Of a stretch of DNA of 20,000 bases, positions 8,521 to 20,000 are shown piece after piece (within the stretch, counting starts at the first letter, position 1; the number at the start of each line of letters is the position of its first letter). The notes beneath the pieces are model-generated. The model did not search any database. It was not told the DNA's origin and saw only the letters and a list, made by a program, of their open reading frames with translations. The DNA comes from Sarea resinae (Eukaryota). The stretch covers positions 114,828 through 134,827 of the forward strand of contig JAPEUD010000068.1 in NCBI GenBank assembly GCA_026026165.1, given 5' to 3'. The translations under genes were made by a program, and so were the position numbers.

Positions 8521-11500
8521 TTAATCCTCCAGCAATCGGCCGAGGATAAGACTCTGTATCACGAACTCGTCCCCAACGACACGGACGCCGTACTGATCTT
8601 CAAGACCACTGTTGCCACTAAGAAGAGCATCCTCACTATCTTCCTTGCTCTCTCTGCCGCGCTTTCTCTTCCTTCCACGATTTGCGTCGCCGTCAGCTCT
8701 CCCTCCACCTTCTTCCTTCTCATCCACGTAGATCCAATCCCATCCGTCCCCACCTGTCTCCTTGGCCTGAATGACCGCTCTCTTTGCGCCATCCACATTG
8801 ACTACCCTGCCAACCCTCCTCGCGCCGAGAGCACACGTCAAGAATAAATAAGCCCTCCTCCTCTCCTCGACTTTTCCCCTGCCCATGACAAGCAGCACGC
8901 TCCTCCCCCCTAACAACCTAGGCCTCTCCTCTACCATTTCCGATATTCTCGCTTCTTCGGCGGCGGGATAGCGAGATAAGACGCGTGAACGAACTGTACC
9001 GCCCAGGAAATTGGATTCACCAGAAGGTAGCAGATAAGTGGTCCAGTCTAGCAGAAGGTCGCGGGATAAAGAGTCAGTAATCCAGCGGCCGGAGAGACAC
9101 GGCAGATTGAGAGCGAGTGCCTGCATATATTTTGCACGACGAGAATGCTTGTCTGCTATCAAGGCTGTAAAGCCTAAAGATTGGGCGCTTGGGGTCAGGC
9201 GGAGCGTTGGAGGTGTTGAGGTAGGTTCATCTTGTTCGCTCGTGGTGGCAGTAGAGCAAGGTGTATTTTTGGAAGGAGAAAAGGGCTCCAGGTCGAGCTC
9301 GGAGAGTTGAAAAAGTTCTTCGAAGCCGTCGTGGAGAATGAGGCCGCCATTAGAGATAATGCTGTTGATGACGCGCTTCTTCTCCGTGTCGTTGTCCATG
9401 TAGCTTACTGCGAAGGCCATGCCGTTGAAGAGTCCTGAGCACGGGCTTGGTGGGGCAGAGGATTCGGCGTACCTCGCATTAAGGGAGGCATTGGTGACGC
9501 GTCGTGTGCGTGACATAGGAGTGTCCGGGGTCCCTGCAGGTCCTGCAGGAGTCTGGTCTCTTGTGGTTGGAAGAGAAGGGTCAGCGACGTGAGTGTAAGG
9601 GCGATCCTTGAAATTATTCCACATCATCTTCGTGACGTAGATGCTTGCCATTGCGACGTCCACAGTCTCACCCCCGGAAGATGCAATGACGCCGGCATTG
9701 CAATCCCGTAATTTTGGAGCGAGTGATATGGTAGAAAAGCCAAAGACGTCAGTCAACGGATAGCTTCCTGTTTGAGTCGCAACACTGGTATTCTCTTGGA
9801 GTAGAGTAGCCCCAATATTTGCTTTGTCTTTGAACCCGCAGACCACGTAGTTCTTAGTTCGCATATGATCTTGATCGACTTTGACTACATCTCCCTCCCT
9901 TAGCTCAAACCGCCGGACGAACTGCGCATCGAGAACGTCAAACGTGCCATCATCGAATCTGACTTTGCATCTAGTATTTCCAGTCCCCGACACGCTGACA
10001 CACGTAGCCGGATAGTAGGCTGCATTTCCTCCGTTGAAGAGAGCAAGGACTCGTTTCGATGTCAAACTTTTACCGTTAAAAGATTCTCTGTTCAGATCAA
10101 CTAGCGGCCCCTGGCCATCGGACGAGGACCCCTGAGTTCCGACCTCAGGAGCAACAAGATCGATAGGGCCCATGGGAGCAAAAGTACGTTGTGTGAGGAT
10201 AGATTTAGGACGTCCGATTTTCTTTCCGCTTATCTTTGTGCTAGGGGGCTGGGCCTTCTGCACAGGAGGTGCCTTTCGTCCCGAAGAAGATTTTGTAGAT
10301 TTCTTTGAATATGACTTTTGCTTTGACCGTCCCGTTGTTTCAATTCTTTCAGACTCCTCTACTGCTGGGAATTGTGGAGACTTTTCGGAAAATTGCTGTT
10401 GCGCGCTCTTGACGCTCTCACTAGCTGCCCGTCCCGGAGTCTTAACACTCTCGCTCGACGATCGATGACCATCCTGAAGCTCATCAGTCTCTTCAATTGT
10501 CTTGTTAGGAGCTTGACTTCTAAAAATTCGCCTCCGCTTCCGGGATGGAGCAATGGGCGACGAGCCCTCGACTGCTGCGTGAAAGGCGATGTCCTGGCTA
10601 GTCACAACGCCGAGGTCCGTATCGACTTCACCAATTTCATCTGGAGGAGATGGGTCTTCTGCAATTTCGGTAAACCTCCGTACTTGTGGGGGCTGTGAAT
10701 TGACTTGTGATACGGGTGCTCCACTGGAAGAAACGGGTACTTGAGTCTGCGCTCTAGTAGAAGAAGACCCGAGATGTGTCTGAGCTGTCTCGAAGGCTTT
10801 CGTGTCATTTGATTGACCCGCTGACCGCCCTTGATCCAGGCTTCGGCTGGCTGAATTCTTGTTTTCTGTTTGCGCCGACGAAGACGGATGCTCAGAATCG
10901 GATATTCTTGATGGGATAGCCGTTACCGAAGGATCTTCTTCATTGATCTGAGGGCTCGTCTCCAGGTTAGAGATGGCCTCCTGTCTACACGCCATCGACT
11001 GTGACAAAGCGTGGCTGGTCGTCGTGAGACGAGGCCCCGTATTGGGTGCTCGAAGGTTGTCAGGGACTAGAATTGATTGTGGCTCATTGCCAGAAGTGCT
11101 CTGGTCTTGGCCTTGAACCTCGTTAGGATTCATGTTGTGCTGTGTGGCAGACGTATAGGCCAAATGGGAAGCTTCCATTGCTGGAAGACTACTCTGCTCA
11201 GTCGTATCGTTTTGGCCATTTTCTTTAGACTGAGAAGGAGAGTCTGCAAGCTTTTCTTCTGTATCCTCCGACAGTGATTTGCCATGGGATTTTCCATTGA
11301 AATCTGACGGAATATGGTGTTCGGTGGACATCTGAGACGCTTGCTCGCTTTGACTCAAAGGAGCACGATGAGATGGATGCGACGATGTTGCTGCCATGGT
11401 GCTGTCTCCAGCAAGACCTGCGATACTATCTCGCGGATTCTGATGGATTTGGCTCTCAATCGTTTTGAAGTCAACAGATGAAGGAATGTTTGATGTGCGA

Positions 11501-13454
11501 GGAATAGATGCTGATGATCCAGATAGCTTCAGTAAGGGGACTGAAGGCTGAGAATCTGCGATTGCCATGGTTTGTGTGCCATCAATCACATCCTCGTTCC
11601 CTTCGGTCGACCCGTAACTAGAAGCATTTATATGATGCGAAGCGGGCTCCCAATGTGTGATATTGCTCCCTCCCAGTCGTGACGTCCGTACCGAGTTCTG
11701 CCGGTTGTAAGAAGGGCTTTCTGGCGAGTCGGTTGCTATGATTTTGCTGATGGCCGACCGAGATTTGGTCATTGGAACTTCAATTTCATGATCTGTCGCA
11801 GCATTGGCTTGATCTTCTCGATCCTCAGCAATAATCTTAGCTTGATCCTGTTCAGGTTCCGATGCCTCATCCGAGGTTTCTTCTCCGCTGATCATGTCGA
11901 CATCACTAGAAGCGCGAACTTCAACCATTCGGCGACCACGCTCCTTGCGGTGTGGGTTTGAGATGGTAGGAGTAACAATTTTCCCTGCCACCTTTCCTGC
12001 CACCCTCCTAGGAGCTGTTATCTTGCTGAAGATCTTCTTACTGTCGTTGTCTATCTTTGCCTGGTGTAACCGCCTCCGAACCCGCTGGCTCTCTCCAAGT
12101 CCAAAGCCATCATCGGATGAGGTGTCACCGGGTCCATCTGCTGGCGAAGACGCAAATCGAGCTTGCCGCTCTCTCTCCCTCTCCGCTTGCGACTCTTTCA
12201 TAGGAACATACACGGTCCTTGGCTCAGTGACAGCCCGTGTGGCCGCTGATCGCGGAGTCTTCAATAATGAGGAATCGAGTCCGGGCGAATCAAAAGCATA
12301 CATGCCAGGCGATGGACGCTCAGGAGTAGGATCGGAGTTCGGGGCCACCAACGGACTTGTAGGCGCTTGTGTGCCTTTAAAAGCTTGACTTAATGCCATC
12401 GCACCAGGTATTGCACCCTTCAGTCCGAATGGATTGACTGGCATGTCAGGGGTCTCTGCAGCATTGATGACTTCACCTAGATGATTTCGCTTCCTCCCGG
12501 TACTGCCGGGAGTCTTCGGCATCGCATACGTGGAGTGAGAGAGCTGACGCCCTTCGTCTTGAGACAATTCATCGACGTCATCCCCACTGTCGTCGAGGTA
12601 CTCGGGCCTATCTACCGCCTGTGATGGAAAGCTCCCTATGATGTTGATATATCCTGTTGCGCCCGAATCATATGTCTCAGGTAATGCTTCTCTCGAGGGC
12701 GAGTCATGACCATTGGGGCTCGTCGTCTTGTGAGAGGTTTGCGAGGATGTAATCGGCCGTAATTTGAGATCTCGATACACGTGCGAGCCCAATGGCTGGG
12801 TATCGCCGTCAGAGTAGCTGGCCCCGAGCGAAGGCGACGTGGAAGAATACATCTCTGGCTGGGGCGTCTTAGACACAGTGCTGGCCGGCAAAGGCTGGGA
12901 CCGTATGATGCCGGCGGGTTGACTACGCTGGTTGTGCCCTTGACGTCGATACAGAGCGTTCGAGGTGCCTCTAGATAAGCTGCTCGATTCTGGTGGATTG
13001 CTTAACGGAACAGGAAGATTGGTGGTAAAGATGTGGCGAACATGACTGTCATCGTCACGACGACGATGGTCTGTATTGAGCGCATTCAAGTCAAGGCTTG
13101 GATTCGCCTGTGAATCTAGTTCAACATCGGCATCCGCATTTGCTTCTGCAGCACGTTCGGGCGTAATTGTCGTCGCTGTAGGGTCCGTTGAAAGCGTGAT
13201 AGCTTTGGTTGCTGCGGCTGTGTTGCTCGTTTCCTTAATTGGTTCATCTTGTCGCGTGTTCCAGAGCGCGTCTGGAAGCGCGTCCTGCAGGGAAGGTGGC
13301 GTCAGTCGACAGAACGAGCACAGACCATTGGCCGGCCGCATTATGCGATGTCAGCGACGGGACTCACATCATCAATGTAATTCAACACCTCACGTCTCAA
13401 CTGTGAGAGATCAATGTTGATACTGTCATTTTGCGTATCCAACTCCGTCGCCAT
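8521..13454 (-). CDS. RAD9: DNA damage checkpoint mediator Rad9/Crb2/53BP1-like (Tudor + BRCT); exons 13454-13368 and 13284-8521, about 1616 aa
   Basis: Exon 1 MATELDTQNDSINIDLSQLRREVLNYIDD is joined in frame through intron 13367-13285 (GTGAGT..CTGAC..CAG). A long S/T-Q and S/T-P-rich disordered region follows. The Tudor-like segment is KRVLALFNGGNAAYYPATC...KVRFDDG...LREGDVVKVD. BRCT segments are GLFNGMAFAVSY, ALIADKHSRRAKYMQALALNLPCLSGRWI and the C-terminal EFVIQSLILG. The symbol refers to the budding-yeast Rad9/Crb2 type, not the 9-1-1 clamp subunit. Confidence 0.9.
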
Positions 13455-14406
13455 AGTTGACAGACGGGGAGATGATGCGGTGATGCACCAGCAGCTACCT
13501 TACTGTCAAGTCCGCTTTGACACTTGTCGGCCAGTTTCGTAACTAAAACCAAGGCTAAAATAGTGCTTGCCTGTCGTCCTCCAGTTCCTTCCTATCCAAT
13601 CCATTCACCATTAGGATGTCACAGACAGCGGCAACATCGTTCTCAGCCCATATCTGAAGTAACACAGTGCGACTGCAAGGTGAATTTACCAGCCAATGCG
13701 GAATCATCTATATACCATCCAGCATGAACCTACTACACACTTGTTCAGAGATGGAGTCGACAAGATTGACACAAAGCATTGCGAAGATAATAATGAATGA
13801 TTGAGCGGTTTTGGATTACTGAAGTGGTATAGTACATTATTCCATCCTCATCAGCACCTCGGCCCTCGAGGTCGACATTGACTGATGATACCTGTCTTTA
13901 CAACCTCTCTGTGCAGCTGTGCCAGGCCTTCATACGGCATCCTGTCATCTTGTCTTGTCGAATTTCCTCTTCTGTACTTTTACTGCGATTTCGCATTCTT
14001 GCTCGTAGAAGTAGCAGCCCCAGTCAGAGAGCCGGCATCAACCGACTTTGCTCATTTATGCAGTTATATGTGCTATCCCGATAGTGTTAGTGATTGTGCG
14101 CTGACTATCAGCCGCGCCGACTGCAGCATATCTTGAGGCTTACTGCGAACAGACTAGGCCGATGAAAGGCCATTGCGCTTCGCAGATATCGTCGAGATCA
14201 ATTCGGCGGATTAGGGGCGGTAAGAGAAAGCTAGTGCCCATGTCTTCCTTTGGTGGTCAATCCTTTTGAAGCAACAAACGATCATTATCTGTGGACGAGA
14301 GCTTGGATCGAAGACTCGAGGATCGAAGCCGGTATGTTTGAAGACCATGCTGACAGACGCCAGCAATAAGCAATCTGTGACGGATCGAATAGGATAGATC
14401 TAGAGC

Positions 14407-15822
14407 TCAGTCTCGGCTGCGGTTCGCGACCCATCTCTTGAGAGCGAATTCTCTGACTCTGTATCGTTGAAGGAATGATGAGATGTTTGAAGTAATCGCA
14501 TCGATGCTCTCTGGAGGAGGTACCTCCACGTATACCACAACTAGGTTCTTCCGGACCTGGCCCTGGACCCGATTGACACAATGAAGCCACCACCAATCCT
14601 TTGGTTCTTTTTGAGCCACATGTTTCCGTCGATCTTCGGTTGCCGACCAATATGGATGGCTGTAAGATGGGCGAATTACGACAGCAAATTCCGCGTGTGA
14701 AAAGACTGGGCCCCGGTGGTAGAGGAGGTAATTGACCGCAAACTTGATTCCGGGTCTAACAACCCACCCAAGGGAACGGAAATGGTGATATACAACGTAG
14801 GAAAGGAGAAATGAGTCGTCTGGTTGGAGGGCAAGTGGCGAGCGTGGAGGGAAGTAGGAGCCTTGCCAAAAGAGAGAGAATAACGAAGATGTAGGAATAG
14901 CAGCCTTGGTTTTAGGATCAAGAACATCAAGTACCCCAAGACCATACATCAAAAAGAAGGCCTCTTCGGGCGTTAATTGCAAATGTTCCTGATCTTTGAT
15001 GTCGTCCTCTCCATCCACTGCCGCTCCATCACGAGAGTTTGAGGAAATGATGTCTTTGTTCGTCGTAGCCTCAACGTTCTGTATCGATTGAGAGAACCGC
15101 ACTCTTTTGGCGTCCTTGTCACCGTTGCTTTGATGTGAAGGAATCTCTGGGATGGTCTTCATTGCGCTATTAATGGCCTCCATCGGCTCGGCATTGTGAT
15201 CATTGATTGTGCTTTGCTCCGAGCTAGGTACATATTCCGTCGACGAACTCTCCTTGTGCTCAGCGAGGATATCACCGTCTGCATATGGCTGACTGTCGGC
15301 CGGCAATGAAAGTTTGCCTTCTTCACGAAGTCTCTCCTCAATTGCTTCCCTCTCCTTCCGTGCTCTCTCCTTCTTGAACTCCTTCCTTTCTTCTCTTCTC
15401 TTTCTTGTCACCTCCTCACTGGTCTCGGCTGCTAGCAGCCCTCGACGCCGTTTCTCTCGATCAAGCCAGCTTGGTTCACTCCGACTCAAGCTTCCCTTAC
15501 CAAAGAAACCCATCTCCCATAGCGCTCTGACAGTAGCTGGATCGGTGACATGTACAGAACAGGTCTCATGGGAGTAGTATCCTTGGTACGGAGCCTCTAA
15601 GTGTGAGGAAGGCGGGAATAGAAATTGGGAAACATAGGTATAGACAACTTGAAGTACAGAGATTGGATTATGAGGGATGAAAGTTGGTAGCGGATATACT
15701 TTCACCGGAAGTGGCAGAGCATGGATCTTATTGTAATTGGGCTTGCGACCCTGAGGTTGGCGGTTGGGCTTGCTTTTTGGAGCCTCAGAAGGCAAGCCGT
15801 TGACGACGGCTTGAGATGACAT
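14407..15822 (-). CDS. SEN2: tRNA-splicing endonuclease catalytic subunit Sen2, 471 aa
   Basis: Single exon. Motifs LWEMGFFGKGSLSRSEP, EHLQLTPEEAFFL, YVVYHHFRSLGWVVRPGIKFAVNYLLYHRGPVFSHAEF and RVQGQVRKNLVVVYV, with the catalytic Tyr, His and Lys in the expected places. Confidence 0.95.
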   Translation of the reverse strand: MSSQAVVNGLPSEAPKSKPNRQPQGRKPNYNKIHALPLPVKVYPLPTFIPHNPISVLQVVYTYVSQFLFPPSSHLEAPYQGYYSHETCSVHVTDPATVRALWEMGFFGKGSLSRSEPSWLDREKRRRGLLAAETSEEVTRKRREERKEFKKERARKEREAIEERLREEGKLSLPADSQPYADGDILAEHKESSSTEYVPSSEQSTINDHNAEPMEAINSAMKTIPEIPSHQSNGDKDAKRVRFSQSIQNVEATTNKDIISSNSRDGAAVDGEDDIKDQEHLQLTPEEAFFLMYGLGVLDVLDPKTKAAIPTSSLFSLFWQGSYFPPRSPLALQPDDSFLLSYVVYHHFRSLGWVVRPGIKFAVNYLLYHRGPVFSHAEFAVVIRPSYSHPYWSATEDRRKHVAQKEPKDWWWLHCVNRVQGQVRKNLVVVYVEVPPPESIDAITSNISSFLQRYRVREFALKRWVANRSRD

Positions 15823-16347
15823 TGCTATCTAAGGAGCATATTGATGGCCAGACAGCCACAGAAACCTAAAGCCTGATGTTGTTAGATGGCTTCGATGATA
15901 AAGGAGACGTGTAAAATTCAGAAACGAAGCAGCTGCTCAGATACCGTTGTAGTCTAATGAAAGAAAAAGAGCCAGCACCGAGGAACGATATAAAGTCAGA
16001 ATCATTCCCCTGGGCTTCAGTAAGATGTCATCACCGCAGCATAGAATAAGGATAAAGAATTAGAAGAAATTCGGTTGGCTTACCTCCACAATGACGGCGT
16101 TGGAATGGGTGCATTCAGTCTCGAGCTTGAGATGAAGAGAAAATTAGAAGTGGGTGGGTTGGGCAGAGAGCAGCCGATGTCACCAGGGTACAAGTAGCTT
16201 GTACTGCACTTCATGTTACCCGGCTCAATTTCGGCCATGCTCGTCGTCATCGTGAATGTTTTGCCTGAGGGTCGGATGCCGAATCGTATTCAATTGCTGC
16301 TTCATGGACACACAGATATAAGGATTCCTAGAGTAGAATTATCGACG

Positions 16348-18051
16348 ATGCTGCTGCTACAAAGGCCACGTCCCCCATCGGCGAGGATTCTACGGGCTTT
16401 CTATTCAACCTCCAGCCCTCAAGGGCCGCGAAATACTGTACATCGCAAGCCACAGCCATCACCGATCTCTCGTCAACCCGAGAGTCCCGAGAGTCACGAG
16501 CATCAAGCAAAGAAAACATCTGTAGAGCAGGTCTCGGATGTCCTTAGCAGCGCAACTGCTCAAGAGAATACTCTCCTGTCTCCAGTTCACATTTCAGAGG
16601 ATCCAAACGGTGTTCTCAATGAGAGACACCCTGCCGCAGGCCTATTGGCCAATTCGGCCGTTGTTATTCAGCGGCAGTTAGAGCTCATGAACGTGATGCT
16701 GTAAGTTCGTCTGGTGGATTTTTTCGACGTGCGTCTGATTTGTTATCTAGTGGATTTGAGCAAGCAAACAAATATGTCATTATGGATCCACAAGGGAATC
16801 ATATCGGTTACATGGCAGAGAGAGAGCTGGGTATGGGCAATATGATGGCCCGACAATGGTTCCACACGCATCGAAGCTTCACGACCCACGTCTTTGATAA
16901 GCACGAAAAGGAGATCCTGAGGGTATGATATCACCTCCCGTGTGCTGTCTTCAGTCTTCTAACAATACAAGTTCCATCGGCCGTTTTCTTGGATCTCATC
17001 GCGCATACGCGTCTACGACCCTATTGAACCTGCTTCCTCGGCGCTCTCTCCCTCAACAGCTATGCAGCCGAATACGCCTGGTTCTCTGTCTTCCGAAATT
17101 AGTCAGACGCCCGCCCAGGTCTCTCCGTTATCATTGTCCGACATGCGCATTATAGGGGAGGCTCAGCAGGAATGGGCACCACTTCGGCGTAAATATAACC
17201 TATTTCTGTTCCGGCAAACGCAGGAGGCCCAGTCACAGCCTGGCTCTGGACGACTCTCGTCTGGAGATATACCACTGTCAAATTCCAGGCAACTACAAGT
17301 CGCTACCCCTGAGCAAGAAGCCGGCGAATACAGGCAGTTCGCGTCCATCAATGAACCCTTCCTCTCCTGGGATTTTTCTTTATTATCCGAAGATCAGCGT
17401 CTGATTGGCTCTGTTAATCGAAACTGGGCCGGATTCGGGCGCGAAATCTTCACAGATACAGGCGTATATGCACTACGGATGGATGCAGCTGGGTTAGCGG
17501 AGGAACCCAAACACATGATTTCCAAGACGGGAGAGAAGAGTTTGACTGCATATGATAGTGAGAAGAAGGGCATGACCCTCGATCAACGAGCTGTTATGCT
17601 TGCAACGGCGGTCAGTGTAGATTTCGATTATTTCAGTCGCAAATCCGGGTCTGGTGGTATGGGCTTCATGCCAATGTGGTTTCCAATGGGAGGTGCAGCT
17701 CCTGCGGAAGCCGCAGCGGGGGAAGCCGGAGCCGCTGGAGCTGGCGCTGCTGAAGCCGGCGTGGGGGGCGCAGCCAGGGGTGCCGGTGGCATGGGTGAAG
17801 GTGCTATTGCTGGCGCGGGAACCATGGCAGGATATGAGGCAATGAACAGAGGCGCCCAATCGAAGGATGCCTCGCCAACTGCGGACCAACCTCCACCAAG
17901 TGATCCTTGGGGAGCACCGCCTCAACAGTCTGGACAAAGTGAAGAGGTTTGGGGTGGAGATCAGAATCCCTGGGGAAGTGGTGGTGACTCCTCAGGAGGT
18001 GGAGACGTAGGAGGTGGTGATGGGGGTGGTGACTGGGGCGACTGGTTTTAA
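16348..18051 (+). CDS. AIM25: Phospholipid scramblase family protein (Aim25-like, probably mitochondrial); exons 16348-16700, 16751-16922, 16972-18051, 534 aa
   Basis: Introns 16701-16750 (GTAAGT..CTGAT..TAG) and 16923-16971 (GTATGA..CTAAC..AAG) give VIQRQLELMNVML/GFEQANKYVIMD...ILR/FHRPFSWISS, QQEWAPLRRKYNLF, FLSWDF, GREIFTDTGVY and LDQRAVMLATAVSVDFDYFSR. The N-terminus is Arg-rich and acid-free, like a presequence. Confidence 0.9.
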
Positions 18052-18114
18052 CTTGTTTTAATGGATATTCCCATCGCAGCATTGGAGGAGTTTTGAATGA
18101 CTGGAACGGCAAAG

Positions 18115-18138
18115 GTGTATAGTGTATAGTGTATAGTG
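18115..18138. repeat. Short tandem repeat (GTGTATA)3 in the scramblase 3' region
   Basis: GTGTATAGTGTATAGTGTATAGTG. Confidence 0.8.
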
Positions 18139-18493
18139 GATTGGCGATGACGGATTGGGAAGTTTGGATACTGGTCCTAGAAAAAGCACTTACCTTAAGC
18201 ATATACCTCTACTTATTTTACGTTGGGATAAGAGCACATCTGTCACATATCGTCCATTGATTGATAGCTTCCTTCCATTGCGACTGATAGATATCATACA
18301 TGGCCGGGTCTAGACCCTTTACAACCCCACACGAACGTTACCCTGCGCTCGCCCACCGCCCAACAACATCGCAATAGCTTCACCACCCCACTATCCGGGA
18401 TATACATCCATCCACCAGCCGCCCTCTTACCACCATTATTTCTCCTCTACCGTCCAAATTCTCTCCACTGTCTCGCATATCCAAGCCCGAAGA

Positions 18494-19133
18494 ATGGCCA
18501 CCTCAGTAGCCAGCAAGCGGCTCTTCCAAGAATACCGCCTGCTGACCTCAGACCCACCAGACGGCATAACAGCGGGCCCGATAACAGAAGACGACATCTT
18601 CGTGTGGGAGGCACTGATCCAGGGCCCCGAGGGCACGCCGTTTGAAGGCGGCATCTTCCCGGCCACCCTTACGTTTCCCAAGGATTATCCTCTCGCCCCG
18701 CCCCAGATGAAATTTACATGCGAGATCTGGCATCCCAATGGTATGTGTGTTCTCTTCTTCCTCCGGATTCCGGTGGTCCTTCCGAATACTCTGTCAGGCC
18801 GTCGGCGTATTCTTTGGTGGCTATTCCTGGCGCGCTTGCTTGCTCGAAAACCATGACTGACACCCCGACCGCGAACCAGTCTACCCCACAGGCCTCGTCT
18901 GCATCTCGATCCTGCACCCACCGGGCGATGACCCGAACCACTACGAGCACGCTTCGGAACGATGGTCGCCCATCCAGTCCGTCGAGAAGATCCTGATCTC
19001 CGTCATGAGCATGCTGGCCGAGCCCAACGACGAGAGTCCCGCCAACGTCGAGGCGGCCAAGATGTGGCGCGAGCGGAGAGGCGAGTATGAGCGCGTTGTC
19101 CGGGACGGTGTTAGGAGGAGTCTGGGGCTGTGA
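18494..19133 (+). CDS. UBC7: Ubiquitin-conjugating enzyme E2 Ubc7/UBE2G2; exons 18494-18740 and 18880-19133, 166 aa
   Basis: [14 protein letters not shown]...[10 protein letters not shown]...[65 protein letters not shown], containing the HPN motif, catalytic Cys and the Ubc7-type acidic loop insertion. Intron 18741-18879 (GTATGT..ACTGAC..CAG). Confidence 0.96.
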
Positions 19134-19898
19134 TGAGGGGTACCGGCGTTTGTGGGGTGGTGATGGAGGGGGAGTTGGCATTGATGGGTTGGACGAGATC
19201 GTTGGTCTGGCTGGAAGATTGCTTGTCTGGGGGAGAGGCAAGGCCTAATTGCAGCGGGATTTTGAAGCATATGTCGCAGCCAACGGAGAAATCATGCATC
19301 ACACCGGAGTTCGAGTACCATTCATCTGGCTATTTATTTACTACTACATTCAGGACAGGCGTTTCGTTTTGTACTATTCCGTTTCATTTCATTTGATTGA
19401 GCATTCCTGATGCAAACCAGTTCAGCCCGTGTCCTCATCCTCGAAAGCTCTACTTCTTTGGCTTAAGGATACATATTATAGAACTTCTCTCTCCCCACTC
19501 AAAAGTAGTTCCTTCCGTCACCACTATCTCTCTTTTTACCCTTTTCTCTCTCTTCTGCTTCCCAGCCGTCGGATCAGAATCAAACAAAGAGCCCTCGAGC
19601 ACGCTTTGCCATATGCACCATTCTGCTCTGATCTCACATTCGAGCCGTCTCGACCTGCATATTAGGAAGCAACAATCTGCCAATTGACGGGCCCACGCCA
19701 CGGAATCAACGGAGATCAAACGGGTCCTTCGAGCTCTTGAATACCCCTGGGAGTGGATCTACCATACGGTTTACCTTATCGATCCACCTACCTGCGTCAG
19801 GATCGGATATAAGTAGAGCGGAGCGGGCACGTGGATGAAGGTGATTAGATTAAGCTACACTTGAGAGCCTGAAGAGCTATATCGTTTTCTCGAGAGAC

Positions 19899-19922
19899 GG
19901 GGGGGGGGGGGGGGGGGGGGGG
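19899..19922 (+). repeat. Poly-G homopolymer (24 nt)
   Basis: 24 consecutive G read directly from the sequence. Confidence 0.9.
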
Positions 19923-20000
19923 TCAAGTTGGCGGGGGACGCCGGAGAGGGAGAGCCGGAGTAGGGCGGGTCACACATGGGCGGTGAAAGAAGGGAAAGGA

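Noticed and set aside
13285..13341. ORF-track start of RAD9 (MRPANGLCSF...)
   Set aside because: It lies inside a canonical intron (13367-13285). The spliced exon starting at ATG 13454 is the better model.
13460..14400. Possible box C/D snoRNA or small gene between RAD9 and SEN2 (TGATGA and CTGA words, short ORFs)
   Set aside because: No well-spaced C/D pair with a terminal stem or recognisable rRNA-complementary guide, and the ORFs lack coding features.
8521..19133. RAD9-SEN2-AIM25-UBC7 as a functional cluster
   Set aside because: These are unrelated housekeeping functions, and such adjacency is ordinary in a compact fungal genome.

Overview
Gene-dense filamentous-ascomycete (Pezizomycotina-type) genomic DNA with GT-AG introns and CTRAY-type branch sites. 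From left to right it holds the 3' part of an unknown Ser/Pro-rich protein, TAF11 (2 exons), a DUF1349/Ree1-like gene, a CaiB/BaiF CoA-transferase III / alpha-methylacyl-CoA racemase ending in SKL (3 exons), a Rad9/Crb2/53BP1-like checkpoint mediator (2 exons), SEN2, an AIM25-like scramblase (3 exons) and UBC7 (2 exons). All splice models were rebuilt by hand and keep frame. The one structure the genes do not explain is a non-coding array at about 5060-5710. It has seven ~100-bp units with a near-invariant 15-bp core ATCGTCGAACGTCTC, a CCAAT at fixed spacing upstream, and a degenerate inverted copy downstream that can form a hairpin around a variable loop. Two solo copies (6023 on +, 8098 on -) bracket the racemase gene in inverted orientation. 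No nuclease or transposase gene is visible in the window.
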